The notes beneath the pieces were generated by a model, which worked only from the letters and a program-made list of their open reading frames with translations, made no database searches and was not told where the DNA came from. The position numbers were made by a program, and so were the translations under genes. Of a stretch of DNA of 64,000 bases, positions 12,700 through 24,795 are shown in pieces. Each line of letters begins with the position of its first letter. Position 1 is the stretch's first letter. The DNA lies in contig NC_043024.1 in NCBI RefSeq assembly GCF_006345805.1, positions 7,502,001-7,566,000 of the forward strand, given 5' to 3'. The stretch comes from Octopus sinensis (taxonomy: Eukaryota).

Positions 12700-12895
12700 A
12701 AGGAAACCTAAAAGAGTGTTATCAAATGGCAGGACAGGATCACTAACACAGAGGTTTTGGACCGTGCCAACATGTACAGTATGCAAACATCACTCTGTGA
12801 GAGGCGTCTTCGGTGGCTAGGTCATGTCAGCCGAATGGATGCAGGACAGATTCCAAAGGGTCTACTGTACGGACAGCTAGTGGAAGGCTCCAGAA
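12700..12895 (+). mobile_element. RTE LINE fragment (RT C-terminal region)
   Basis: WQDRITNTEVLDRANM...RRLRWLGHVSRMDAGQIPKGLLYGQL. Confidence 0.85.
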
Positions 12896-13511
12896 TAATC
12901 CCCCTGAGGAAAGGCCTCTTCCCAGGTCTTGTTGGTTTTCAACTGTCGTCGATGTTTCTGTAACTTTGATTTTTCTAAGTAGCAGTGTTGGTCCTATGCA
13001 GATCCATTTTAACCCTGAGAAGATGTGGTCTGTATTTGTCCGGCGCCAATCCTTTGACCTGTCCAGTATGGGAGGCCTTACCAGGAATTTGCACTCCACT
13101 GGCATAGCTCTTATGGTTATCCATGCATGTAAGCCACCAAACCACAATAAAGTCAGAATATTTTTTCACTTGAATCCATTTTGTGCCAAAGGTCAGTTGA
13201 CGGAAAAACAAGAGCACAAATTTTTGTTAAAAATGTTTGCCCTTCTAGAGGTTTTTTTTGGGCCTATCTATCTCACCCCTGAAAAACTTAAGCGTGTATT
13301 TTATGTAAAATACGAAGCACTCTGAGTATGTGTGGTCAGTTTACTGCTGTAAGCAGTTGAGCACCCAGCAAGTGTTGTATACAGTAAATGAGTGTCATTG
13401 GCTTAACAGTACCAAATCCCTTCAATGACTGCTCCTTAGAACATTCTCTCATAGAATTCTTCAGTGGATGATTTGACATTAAGGATAATTGAGTGTTTGA
13501 TTTTTCCTTAC

Positions 13512-13577
13512 CTCTCATCAGATTTTATTCGGCGTTCTTCCTTTTGTCTTTCAAACTTTACTTCATCAGCCATATAC
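13512..13577 (-). CDS. PTTG1IP: PTTG1IP-like coding exon 5 (charged cytoplasmic helix)
   Basis: Acceptor tcattgtcaatag, 66 nt, phase 2/2, donor GTAAGG. Encodes (K)YMADEVKFERQKEERRIKSDE(R). Confidence 0.92.
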
Positions 13578-13810
13578 CTATTGACAATGATAGTAACAAC
13601 AACAATAAGTGGAAAGAATAACAATAGATAAGTTACAGATTTTAATCATGCTGAAGATTTTTGAAAAGAATGAAATAGTCCTTTACATAATTAGATTATC
13701 ACCAACTAGAAACTGTAAGAACTTCATAACACCACCCCCCAATTAAATATGTAAACTCTATGCATCTTGTTCCTCGTGTTTCTAATTTCAAATTTCTAAT
13801 CCTGTCTAAT

Positions 13811-14045
13811 GTGGAGGCGCAATGGCCCAGTGGTTAGGGCAGCAGACTCTTGGTCGGAGGATCGCGGTTTCGATTCCCAGACCGGTCCTTGTGTGTGTTT
13901 ATTGAGCGAAAACACCTAAAGCTCCACAAGGCTCTGGCAGGGGTTGGTGGCGACCCCTGTTGAACTCTTTTGCCTCAACTTTCTCTCATTCTTTCTTTCT
14001 GTTTCTTGAGTAACGCTGCGATGGACTGGCGTCCCGTCCAGCTGG
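13811..14045 (+). mobile_element. tRNA-derived SINE family B (head GGAGGCGCAATGGCCCAGTGGTTAGGGC), in intron 4
   Basis: A box TGGCCCAGTGG, B box GGTTTCGATTCC. Other copies at about 14885-15185(+), 32775-32970(-), 48395-48760(-), 58455-58732(+) and 62560-62856(-). Confidence 0.85.
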
Positions 14046-14276
14046 GCCCAGTGCGTAACTGGTAGTTATTTAATTGACACCGAAAGGATGAAAGGCAAAG
14101 TCAACCTCGGCGGAATTTGAACTCAGAACGTAACGGCAGATAAAATACCGCTAAGCATTTCGCCCGGTGTGCTAACGTCTGTGCCAGCTCGCCGCCTTGG
14201 GAAGCTGGCTTCTTACCACGTTGCCACACCTGCTTAAAATCTGATTTTGTCGATGGGAAAGAGAGCTTTTACTTAC

Positions 14277-14385
14277 TTGAGTCGTTTGCTCTTGCGACAA
14301 CAACAGCAATAGATACAGAGGATACAGGAGAAAAGACAGAGGCCAGCAATGACACCCATGGAAATGAGGAGAGCTTCAAAGTTGA
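14277..14385 (-). CDS. PTTG1IP: PTTG1IP-like coding exon 4 (transmembrane helix plus Cys cluster)
   Basis: Acceptor tttttttaacag, 109 nt, donor GTAAGT. Encodes (I)NFEALLISMGVIAGLCLFSCILCIYCCCCRKSKRL, matching the family VNFEALII...CCCCC-R motif. Confidence 0.95.
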
Positions 14386-14824
14386 CTGTTAAAAAAATAA
14401 AAATAAAAACGATAAAAAAAATTAAAAAACAAAATGAAAAATTAAAAAACAAACAAACTTATATTGGAATATTTTAAAAATCTTTATTCCTGCAATTCTC
14501 TCTCTCTCTCTCTTGTTCTTTCTCTCAATGTTGCACGATAGTCATAAATGATTGTCTGTCATAAAAGTAGTGTTGTTCATTAACAATATTCTGCGGAATC
14601 ATATCTGGCCACAGGGAAATGCTACTTTGCTAGGAAACAGATATGGATTGCCAACACTAAACATATCTGGCAGTAGAAAATCTGCCTCAATAAACTCTTG
14701 TACACACACACATACGCAGGCCTAGCCATTTCTGGCATCCTATGAGTTGATATGCCTTGATTCTTATGAATATAACAAAATTACACACACACACACACAC
14801 ACACACCACACACACACCACACAC

Positions 14825-14856
<32 letters not shown>

Positions 14857-15529
14857 ACACACACACACACACATATATATATATGGAGGTGCAATGGCCC
14901 AGTGGTTAGGGCAGCGGACTCATGGTTGAAGGATTGCGGTTTCGATTCCCAGACCAGGCGTTGTGCATGTTTATTGAGCGAAAACACCTTAAGCTCCACG
15001 AGGCTCCGGCAGGGGGTGGTTGTGATCCCTTTTGTATTCTTTCACCCCCAACTTTCTCTCACTCTTTCTTCCTGTTTCTTGAGTAACGCTGCGATGGACT
15101 GGCGTCCCGTCGAGCTTGGGGGAATACATATGTCACAAAATGGGAAACCGGGCCCATGAACCTGGCTAGGCTTGAAAAGGGTGCATAAATAAATAAATAA
15201 TAAACATATATATATATATATACAGGGCTGGATTAAGACCCATCGAGGCCCTAAGCACTTAAAAGATTTTGGTGCCCCTGTAAAAGATTATGTAATTCAA
15301 AATACAAACAATAGCAAACCATAAAACAAATTTTTATTTTTCAAAATGAAACAAAACAGTAAGAGGGAAAATAATGTTTATTTTTGTCTACTTCCCCTTT
15401 ATTTATATTTGAAAAGTCCTTTGTATGAAACAGGTAAAAGCTAAAAGACACACACACACACACACATAGCAGATATATATATATCTCATATACACCCAAA
15501 GAAAACAAATAATTTAATAACTAATGCAC

Positions 15530-16811
15530 TCTTTTAAAACCTAGCAAGTCTCATGGGCCCGGTTTCCCGGTTTTAATGGCGTATGTGTTCCCCAGCTGGA
15601 TGGAACGCCAGTCCATCGCAGCGTTACTCATTTTTGCCAGCTGAGTGGACTGGAGCAACGTGAAATGAAGTGTTTTGCTCAAGAACACAACGCGTCGCCT
15701 GGTCCAGGAATCGAAACCACAATCTTACGATCATGATGCTGACACCCTAACCACTAAGCTACACACCTTCACTTGCGCCTTTTTAAAGCCTAGCCAGGCC
15801 CATGGGCCCGGTTTCCCAGTTTCAATGGTGTATGTGTTCCCCAGCTGGACAGGACGCCAGTCCATCCCAGCGTTACTCATTTTTGCCAACTGAGTGGACT
15901 GGAGCAACGTGAAATGAAGTGTTTTGCTCAAGAACATGACGCGTCGCCCGGTCCAGGAATCGAAACCACAATCTTACGATCATGATGTTGACACCCCTAA
16001 CCACTAAGCCACGCACCTCCACAAAGAAAACAAAACAAATAAAAATGGAAAACAAGCAAAAAGAAACAAATAAAACAAGCAAAACTGGTGGAGAATTTGC
16101 ATAAATTTACTGTGACAAATTCGATGAGAGTGGGTGTGGAAAACAAACAGACATATGGGGGAGTAACATAAAGGAAAAAGTGGTATATTGGACTAGCTTT
16201 GAGCTTCTACGAAGTTAAACAGGATGGGACAGGTTGATGGTATTGAGGAGAGAGAGAGGGGGAGGGAGAGAGAAGATTCATGGTGCATTCATCATCTTAA
16301 AAATAAAATAAATGCGCCCTGTTTAAAGCCTAGCCATGGGCCCCGTTTTCCCAGTTTCAATGGCGTATGTGTTCCCCAGCTGGACGGGACGCCAGTCCAT
16401 CGCAGCATTACTCATTTTTGCCAGCTGAGTGGACTGGAGCAATGTGAAATGAAGTGTTTTGCTCAAGAACACAACGCGTCGCCTGGTCCAGGAATCGAAA
16501 CCACAATCTTACGATCATGATGCTGACACCCTAACCACTAAGCCATGCGCCTCCACAAAATAAATGCGCCCTTTTAAAGCCTAGCCAAGCTCATGGGCCC
16601 GGTTTCCCGGTTTCTATGGCGTATGTGTTCCCCAGCTGGACGGGACGCCAGTCCATCGCAGCGTTACTCATTTTTGCCAGCTGAGTGGACTGGAGCAACG
16701 TGAAATGAAGTGTTTTGCTCAAGAACACAACGCGTCGCCGGGTCCAGGAATCGAAATCACAATCTTACGATCATGATGCTGACACCCTAACCACTAAGCC
16801 ACGCACCTCCA
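15530..16811 (-). repeat. Two tandem pairs of about 245-bp family C SINEs
   Basis: Copies at about 15530-15772, 15773-16022, 16313-16556 and 16563-16811, with head GGAGGCGCGTGGCTTAGTGGTTAGGG and B box TTCGATTCC. Confidence 0.85.
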
Positions 16812-17325
16812 CTCTTCATCATCTTCAGCATCATTTTAATGTTCTCTTATCCATGCTTGTATGGGTCGGACGGAGTTTAATAAGGCAGTTCTTCCGTAGC
16901 CAGACGCCTGTTCCTGTTACCAAGGGAGGTGATATTTCCCCATGGCTAGACATGTCCTTTCAGAAAATCAGAAACGTATGACACTGCTTATTTGAATGAA
17001 TGGCTGTAACACTCTTTTACAACCACCACATGATATCAAGACAAGGTGGCATGCACACACAAATGGTAATGACGTCAAATACCCATATTGATTTGGTGAT
17101 AAAAATGACTTGTCACTATAGTTACTACATACATACTTTGCTTGTATGTGTGTGTGTGTGTGTGAGACCGAAGTAGTAGATATATAAAGAGAGCAAATGT
17201 AACTAATTTCTCTATAGATTGAAAAAAATATGATGTACAGCCTTAACTGATTTTTAAACCTTACTGAAAATCAGATCAAAGGTGTCCGCCTGAATTTGAG
17301 CAGCGCCAGAGAAGCAAGAAGCCAG

Positions 17326-17373
<48 letters not shown>

Positions 17374-17799
17374 GTGTAATAAATAAAATATATGCATACA
17401 TACAAACATATATGTTCGTACCTACATCTACATGTATATATACATGCATATATAAATATATACGTGAGTACAGGACACCACAACTAGACGTAGAACTCAA
17501 CGAGAAATGAAAACGGAAAAACAAGCATGGAACAAACCATTTTTTTACAACAGAAAAACAGAGTACAAGACAAACTACACAAGGAAAAATCCCCTTCATC
17601 AGCTGTCCCTAGTTCAACTCCAGCGTGTTTCGTCATCATTCAAGGTCTGTTGTCCATGCTGACATGAGTCGGACAGTTTGACCAGGGCTGGTAAGCTGGA
17701 AGGTTGCACCAGACTCCAGTCTGATTTGGCATGGTTTTCTACGGTTGGATGCCCTTCCTAATGTGTGTATGTGTGCATATATATATATATATATACACT

Positions 17800-18770
17800 C
17801 TTTTATCCTTTTACTTGTTTCAGTCATGTGACTGTGGCCATGCTGGAGCACCGCCTTTAGTTGAGCAAATCATCCCCAGGACTTATTCTTTGTAAGCCCA
17901 GTACTTATTCTATCGGTCTCTTTTGCCGAACCTCTAGGTTACGGGGACGTAAACACACCAGCATCGGTTGTCAAGGAATGTGGGGAGAGGGACAAACACA
18001 GACATACCAACATATATACATACATATATACAATGGGCTTCTTTCAGTTTCCGTCTAGCAAATCCGCTCACAAGGCTTTGGTCGGCCCGAGGCTATAGTA
18101 GAAGACACTTGCCCAAGATGCCATGCAGTAGGACTGAACCCGGAGCCATGTGGTTGGTAAGCAAGCTACTTACCACACAGCCACTCCTACGCCTTCCTAC
18201 AACTACAATTTCACTTGGCTTCATGGATTTTCTTATAAAGCACAGCGTTTTAATAAAGCTCTAAGCTACTTTCATTTTCCATCTACCAAACCCATCCACA
18301 AGGCTTTAGTTGGCCTGGGGCTATAGCAGAAAACATTTTTATTCAAGGTTCCACGTAGGCGCAGGAGTGGCTGTGTGGTAAGTAGCTTGTTTACAAACCA
18401 CATGGGTCTGGGTTCATTCCCACTGCGTGGTACCTTGGGCAAGTGTCTTCTACTATAGCCTCAGGCCGACCAAAGCCTTGTGAGTGGATTTTGTAGACGG
18501 AAACTGGAAGAAGCCCGTTGTATATATGTATATATATATGTATGTATGCATATGTTTGTGTGTCTGTGTTTGTCACCCCACCATTGCTTGACAACCGATG
18601 GTGGTGTGTTTACGTCCCGTAACTTAGCGATTCAGCAAAAGAAAAGGATAGAATAAGTACTAGGCTTACAAAGAATAAGTCCTGGGGGTCGATTTACTCG
18701 ACTAGAATGCGGTGCTCCAGCATGGCCTCAGTCAAATGACTGAAAGAAGTAAAAGAGTAATAGAGTAAAG
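17800..18770. mobile_element. Inverted pair of family A SINEs (17800-18190 minus; 18355-18770 plus)
   Basis: Same consensus as 12215-12560. Confidence 0.9.
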
Positions 18771-19420
18771 AGTAGTGGGATTGAACCCACAATCATGTGG
18801 TTGGGAAGCAAACTTCTCAAGCACACAGCCACACTTGTATCACATCCTAAACACTCGCCACCTACTCTCACATCTACCAGATGTTACCTTATCTTATTCA
18901 GACATAAACACCCACAATTGAGTAATTTAAATGCAACATCTGTTAATTACAGTATTGCTGTTAATAACAAATTAGTTTTTAATTAATTCTTAATTTATTA
19001 TTGTCATACTTGGAGATAATCATCTTTTGCCAATTAATGCATAGCTGTATTTCGTCTGCCATTATGTTCTGAGTTCAAATTTCGCCGAGGTCAACTTTGC
19101 CTTTCATCCTTTCGGGGTTGATTAAATAAGTACCAGTTATGCACTGGGGTCGATATAATTGACTTTATCCGTTTGTCTGTCCTTGTTTGTCCTCTCTATG
19201 TTTAGCCCCTTGTGGGTAGTAAAGAAATAGGCATTTCATCTGCCGTTACATTCTGAGTTCAAATTCCGCTGAGGTCGACTTTGCCTTTCATCCTTTTGGG
19301 GTTGATAAATTAAGTACCAGTTACGCACTGGGGTCGATATAATCGACTAGATCTGTTTGTCTGTCCTTGTTTGTCCCCTCTGTGTGTGGCCCCTTGTGGG
19401 TAGTAAAGAAATAGGCATTG

Positions 19421-19820
19421 GTAAAGGTGGTGGTGGTGATGATGGTGATGGTTGTGGTGGTAGTGATGGTCGTGGTGGTGGTACTGGCAGTAGTGTAGGT
19501 GGTTGTTGTCGTGGTAGTGGTGATGGTAACGGTGATATTGGTGGTAGTGGTGATGATGATGGTAGTAGTGGTAGGTATGATGGTAGTGGTGATGGTTGTG
19601 GTGGTGACAGTACTGCTGGTGATTGTTGTGGTGGTAGCGGTGATGGTGATATTGGTGGTGTTGGTGATGATGATAGTGGTTGTAGTGATAATCACAGCAG
19701 TGGTGGTTGCGATAGTGGTTGTGGTGGTAGTAGTGATGGTGATGGCGGTACTAGTAGTAGTAATGGTGGTAGTACAGATGATTGTGGTAGTAGTGATGGT
19801 GGAAAATGTGGTGGTGTTGA
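19421..19820. repeat. Degenerate (GGT/GAT/AGT)n trinucleotide tract in intron 3
   Basis: Low-complexity repeat that explains the Gly-, Val- and Thr-rich ORFs. Confidence 0.9.
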
Positions 19821-19870
19821 GGGTGATCGGATCAAAGAATTTATGGCAATTTCAGAAAATTTCAACTTAC

Positions 19871-19979
19871 TCAGACAGTTGCTCCACCGGGTCTTGGAGA
19901 ATGGACATTGTGAAGACTTGGGAAGGACATGTCCAACAGGATATGGTTTGCAGGTTTCGTCCACATAACAGTAAATGCA
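19871..19979 (-). CDS. PTTG1IP: PTTG1IP-like coding exon 3 (PSI-like domain)
   Basis: Acceptor ttcttcctcctcag, 109 nt, donor GTAAGT. Encodes CIYCYVDETCKPYPVGHVLPKSSQCPFSKTRWSNCL, resembling human CLWCNTNKACLDYPVTSVLPPASLCKLSSARWGVCW. Confidence 0.93.
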
Positions 19980-20022
19980 CTGAGGAGGAAGAATAAATAT
20001 GAAACAATGTTAATTCGTTTAA

Positions 20023-20418
20023 TCTTTATATATAAAAGTGAAGTTGTGTGTCTGTCTCCTACGATTTAGATTCCTAACTACTCCCACATTTTGCGGTGCA
20101 GTTTAACCAAAACCGGGTATCTTATAGTCGTGATTCATATCGAGCCTTTCTGGGTATTAGCGTGCGTCTACGATGAGTCTACGATTTAAAAAAAATTTAC
20201 CATCATTTTTTTCCATTTTAATGCATTTTTTCGCTATTATATAAGGGAAGTAACTCTCTAAAAATGTCTATGATGAGTCAACGATTTAAAAAAAAATTTA
20301 CCATAATTTTTTTTCCATTTATAATGCATTTTTTTGCTATTTTTTTGGCTATAACTCTAAAAATGCTTATATAGTTATTTCCCTTACAAACCTGAGCAAC
20401 CCCGGGCGATACTGCTAG
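20023..20418 (+). mobile_element. Non-autonomous Helitron
   Basis: A|TCTTTATATATAAAAG 5' end, subterminal hairpin CCTGAGCAACCCCGGG, CTAG|T 3' end, no TSD. Confidence 0.85.
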
Positions 20419-20595
20419 TATGATATAATAAACAATTATAATGTGCCTCTCTCAGGCGGTGGATTGGTGGAAATAGGGGAGAGTCAGGTAAGAAGAGTTG
20501 CTGTAATAGTTAAAACCATGCTAATATCAAGTATACCTTTCATTCCTGCAGGGTTGATAAAATAAAGTGGCAGTCAAGTACTAGGTTGATACTAT

Positions 20596-20714
20596 GATTA
20601 TGGCCATATCACATTGAAAGCACCGGTTCTTGTCCAGTCACCAAAGTTAAGCAACGTCGAGCCTAGTTTGTACTCAGATGGGTGACCGCTTGGGAAACCT
20701 AGGTGCTGTAAGGG
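20596..20714 (+). pseudogene. 5S rRNA pseudogene / 5S-derived relic in intron 2
   Basis: About 119 nt, GATTATGGCCATATCACATTGAAAGCACCGGTTCTTGTCC...AGTTAAGCAACGTCG...GATGGGTGACCGCTTGGGAAACCTAGGTGCTGTAAG, collinear with metazoan 5S. It has box A/C-like motifs, many substitutions and no oligo-T terminator. Confidence 0.85.
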
Positions 20715-20906
20715 GTACATAGGTGCAGGAGTGGCTATGTGGTAAGCAAGCTTATTACCACACAGCCACTCCTGTGCCTATATATATATATATACACATA
20801 CATATAGTCACATCAAAACTATAGCAAAGGGGGAGACAGAGACAGAGAGAGAGAGAGAGAGAGGTGGGGAGTGAAGAGAAAGGGCAAATAAATCATTTTA
20901 ACTTAC

Positions 20907-20956
20907 TTTGACAGATAGTACACATTTCTCACAGCTCTTGTTAAACATGGGACAAT
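20907..20956 (-). CDS. PTTG1IP: PTTG1IP-like coding exon 2 (start of PSI-like Cys-rich domain)
   Basis: Acceptor tttgtttcctttcag, 50-nt exon, donor GTAAGT. Encodes (Y)CPMFNKSCEKCVLSVK with a CxxC and an NKS sequon, resembling human CSQNTNKTCEECLKNVS. Confidence 0.9.
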
Positions 20957-21212
20957 CTGAAAGGAAACAAAGAACAAAAAAAATCATTAAAAAAAAACAT
21001 CTATGAAAAGAAGGTATGTGTGAGTCTATATTATTCAAGGACATTCACTCTGTCAAGGCAAGCTATAGGGTTCCCAACCAGGCTAAAAGTAGATACAGTA
21101 ATGCCTCGATATAGGAGTAAAATTGTTTCTTCGTAAAGCATTTCCCAGCAGAAAACAGATTTTCATGGAATGTGTGTGTGTGTGTATGTTGTGTGTATTG
21201 TATATATATATA

Positions 21213-21271
<59 letters not shown>

Positions 21272-21329
21272 TATATTGTATATATATGTATATATATATG
21301 TATATATATATATATATATATATTGTATA

Positions 21330-21360
<31 letters not shown>

Positions 21361-21371
<11 letters not shown>

Positions 21372-21608
21372 GTGAGGGAAGAAATGGAGCTGAACGAAGA
21401 TTTTACAAAATTCCTTTTATTATTTTCTACACATGTTTCAAAGGCTGCAAATTCCCTAATTCGGATTGAATAAGGAGACCATTTTGCAGCTTTCTCTTAT
21501 TCAATCCGAATTAGGGAATTTGCAGCCTTTGAAACATGTGTAGAAAATAATAAAAAGGAATTTTGTAAAATCTTCATTCAGCTCCATTTCTTCCCTCACT
21601 AAATATAT
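21361..21608. repeat. Foldback inverted repeat (about 118-bp arms)
   Basis: Arms 21361-21478 and about 21493-21608. Contains a half-HHR GAAAC-ATGT-GTA at 21531-21542. Confidence 0.95.
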
Positions 21609-21757
21609 AAAACTTCAATTATCCGCACTAAGGCACGGTTGCGATACCCCATGGTCGTAACCTCAACCGTGATTTTTCTGTTGTGATTTTTGCTACCCAG
21701 GTATCGGTTATAATTTGAATAATCCGTAACAAAATAATTCATTTATCTATTTCACTA

Positions 21758-21797
<40 letters not shown>

Positions 21798-21847
21798 AAA
21801 TACAAAATTTCTAAATCTTTCGTAGAGACATGTACGGTGGTGGGGCG

Positions 21848-22138
21848 ATAGAATGGTTGTATACTGTCAATCTAACACGAACGTGACAGTAGGGGGGTGC
21901 ACCACCGCTGTATAGCCCTAGGAAGCATCGACGCCTCCTGATGGCTTTGACACATTTTTCCCTGTGTCCTTATATACATTTACGAATGTATGTCTCCCCT
22001 TCGTAAATGTATATAAGGACATAGGGAAAAATGTGTCAAAGCCATCAGGAGGCGTCAATGCTTCCTAGGGCTATACAGCGGTGGTGTACCCCCCTATTGT
22101 CACGTTCGTGTTAGATTGACAGTATACAACCATTCTAT
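21848..22138. repeat. Foldback inverted repeat (139-bp arms, 13-nt loop)
   Basis: Arms 21848-21986 and 22000-22138 with a few substitutions. Confidence 0.95.
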
Positions 22139-22158
22139 ATATATATATATATATATAT

Positions 22159-22330
22159 GATAGATCGTTAGCTCCGACCCGCATTTTTTTCTGTGTATCT
22201 TTCTGTCGAAGAGCATAGGCTCGAAACGTAAAAGACTTGTTCTATTCCTGAGCGCTATACTAATACATCTGTTTGTTTTGTACACCACCTGTCTTCGTCT
22301 TTTGTTTATTTTCGTAAACCTTCTTGTTTT
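22159..22330 (+). mobile_element. Family P1 element with HHR-like motif at 22198-22235
   Basis: TCTTT-CTGTCGA-A-GAGC-ATAG-GCTC-GAAA-CGTA-AAAGA, with a perfect 5-bp stem I. Flanked by (TA)n. Confidence 0.65.
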
Positions 22331-22332
22331 AT

Positions 22333-22376
<44 letters not shown>

Positions 22377-22397
22377 ATTAATATAATTAATATTAAT

Positions 22398-24795
22398 ATA
22401 GGCGCAGGAGTGGCTGTGTGGTAAGTAGCTTGCTTACCAACCATATGGTTCTGGGTTCAGTCCTGCTGCGTGGCACCTTGGGCGTGTGTCTTCTACTATA
22501 GCCTCGGGTTGACCAAAGCCTTGTGAGTGGATTTGGTAGACGGAAACTGAAAGAAGCCCATCGTATATATGTATATTTATATATGTGTATGTGTGTGTAT
22601 ATGTCCGTGTGTCTGTGTTTGTCCCCCAACATTGCTTGACAACTGATGCTGGTGTGTTTACATCCCTGTAACTTAGCAGTTCAACAAAAGAGACCAACAG
22701 AATAAGTACGAGGCTTACAAAGAATAAATCCTGCAGTCGATTTGTTCAACTAAAGGCGGTGCTCCAGCATGGCCACAGTCAAATGACTGAAACAAGTAAA
22801 AGAGTATAAATAGCTGTGCGCAATGTGATACTTCAAAGGAAACATTCAATTGTCACTAAGTGTTACTAAGGGTGCCGATGCACCTACATTGCTAGAAATC
22901 AGAGTTAAAATACTCTTAATACTGTCTGAAGAGCACAGACATACTTTCTGACAAGGAAGGCAACTGTCCCATGCAGATTTGAAAATCCTCAGACTAGACA
23001 TCTAGCTTTGTCTATTCCGTAGACATATTCCAAACAAACATGATTTTTAATGGAATCCTAATATTTTTATTGAAATTTCTGTTTAATATTTTCTCAAGAT
23101 ATTTCCTTGTAAACTATTTTTAACATTTTGTTATTATTATCAAAGAATGTATATATGTATTGTAATATTTTGTGTCAACCAGTACTTGACACAACAAAGC
23201 TTTACATTTTACTTTTGACAATCTTTTTCTAAAAAAGTGAAACCGGTCAAGTGATTAAACATCTTGAAAATTGCATACTTTTTTACTCTTTACTCTTTTA
23301 CTTGTTTCAGTCATTTGACTGCGGCCATGCTGGAGCACCACCTTTAATCGAGCAACTCGACACCGGGACTTATTCTTTTGTAAGCCCAGTACTTATTCTA
23401 TCGGTCTCTTTTGCCGAACCGCTAAGTAACGGGGACATAAACACGCCAGCATCGGTTGTGAAGCAATGCTAGGGGGACAAACACAGACATACAAAAACAC
23501 ACACGCATATATATACATATATACGACGAGCTTCTTTCGGTTTCCGTCTACCAAATCCACTCACAAGGCTTTGGTCAGCCCGAGGCTATAGTAGAAGACA
23601 CTTGCCCAAGGTGCCACGCAGTGGGACTGAACCCGGAACCATGTGGTTGGTAAACAAGCTACTTACCACACAGCCATTCAACTCTCCTGCGCCTATTCAA
23701 ACTTTCTTTCATATATATTTCCACTTGTGTGGTACCTTACAATTTCACTTCGTTATATATATACATACTAACATACTATGTATACATATATATATATTTG
23801 TACATTATGTTATTTATCTATTTATTTATTTATGGGTAAATGTTTACATAATAGTAGTTTGTATACTAAGTTTATATATGTACTTTTTTCTATATATATC
23901 TTCATTTTATTTTATGTTATTTATTTATCTATATATTCTTTTATGCATATGTGGATATCTTAAAGACTCCGCCGGTTACGACGACGAGGGTCCCAGCTGA
24001 TACGATCAACGGAACAGCTTGCTCGTGAAATTAACGTGCAAATGGCTGAGCATTCCACAGACACGTGTACCCTTAACGTAGTTCTCGGGGATAATCAGCG
24101 TGACACAGAAAGTGACAAGGCTGACCCTTTGAAATACAAGTACAACTCATTTTTGCCAGCTGAGTGGACTGGAGCAACGTGAAATAAAGTGTCTTGCTCA
24201 AGGACACAACGCGTCGCAGGGAATCGAACTCACAACCTTACGATCATGAGCCGAATGCCCTAACCACTAAGCCACGCGCCCTCACTTATGTGGATATATA
24301 CATATTAGCATTACTATATATTAGGTGTACCTTTGTATTTATCTTAATTTGTTTTCTATGGTATTTATCTATTTATTTATTTATTTATATGTAGATATAT
24401 ACATACATATCCATTATTTATTATAATAAAATATAGGTGTGGTAAGTAGCTTGCTAACCAACCACATGGTTCTGGGTTCAGTCCCACTGCGTGGCATCTT
24501 GGGCAAGTGTCTTCTGCTATAGCCCCGGGCCGACCAATGCCTTGTGAGTGGATTTGGTAGACGGAAACTGAAAGAAGCCTGTCGTATATATATATATATG
24601 TGTGTCTGTGTTTGTCCCCCTAGCATTGCTTGTGTGTTTACGTCCCCGTTACATAGCGGTTCGGACAAAAAAAGAGACCGATAGAATAAGTACTGGGCTT
24701 TCAAAGAATAAGTCCCGGGGTTGATTTGCTCGACTAAAGGCGGTGCTCCAGCATGGCCGCAGTCAAATGACTGAAACAAGTAAAAGAGTAAAGAG
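22398..24795. mobile_element. Family A SINE cluster (22398-22806 +, 23275-23690 -, 24435-24795 +) with family C SINE 23966-24287 (-)
   Basis: Consensus matches on both strands. Confidence 0.85.

Noticed and set aside
13811-13885. tRNA gene calls for SINE heads (families A, B, C)
   Set aside because: A/B boxes are present, but there is no acceptor stem and each continues into a SINE body.
17575-17640. Minus-strand GAAAC...CTGATGA fragment in a Penelope-like tail
   Set aside because: The order and stems do not close into a hammerhead, and it is truncated by a SINE.
19692-19870. Read-through of the exon 3 donor into a Pro/Ser-rich ORF (soluble isoform)
   Set aside because: The extension is just the trinucleotide repeat, and the donor GTAAGT is strong.
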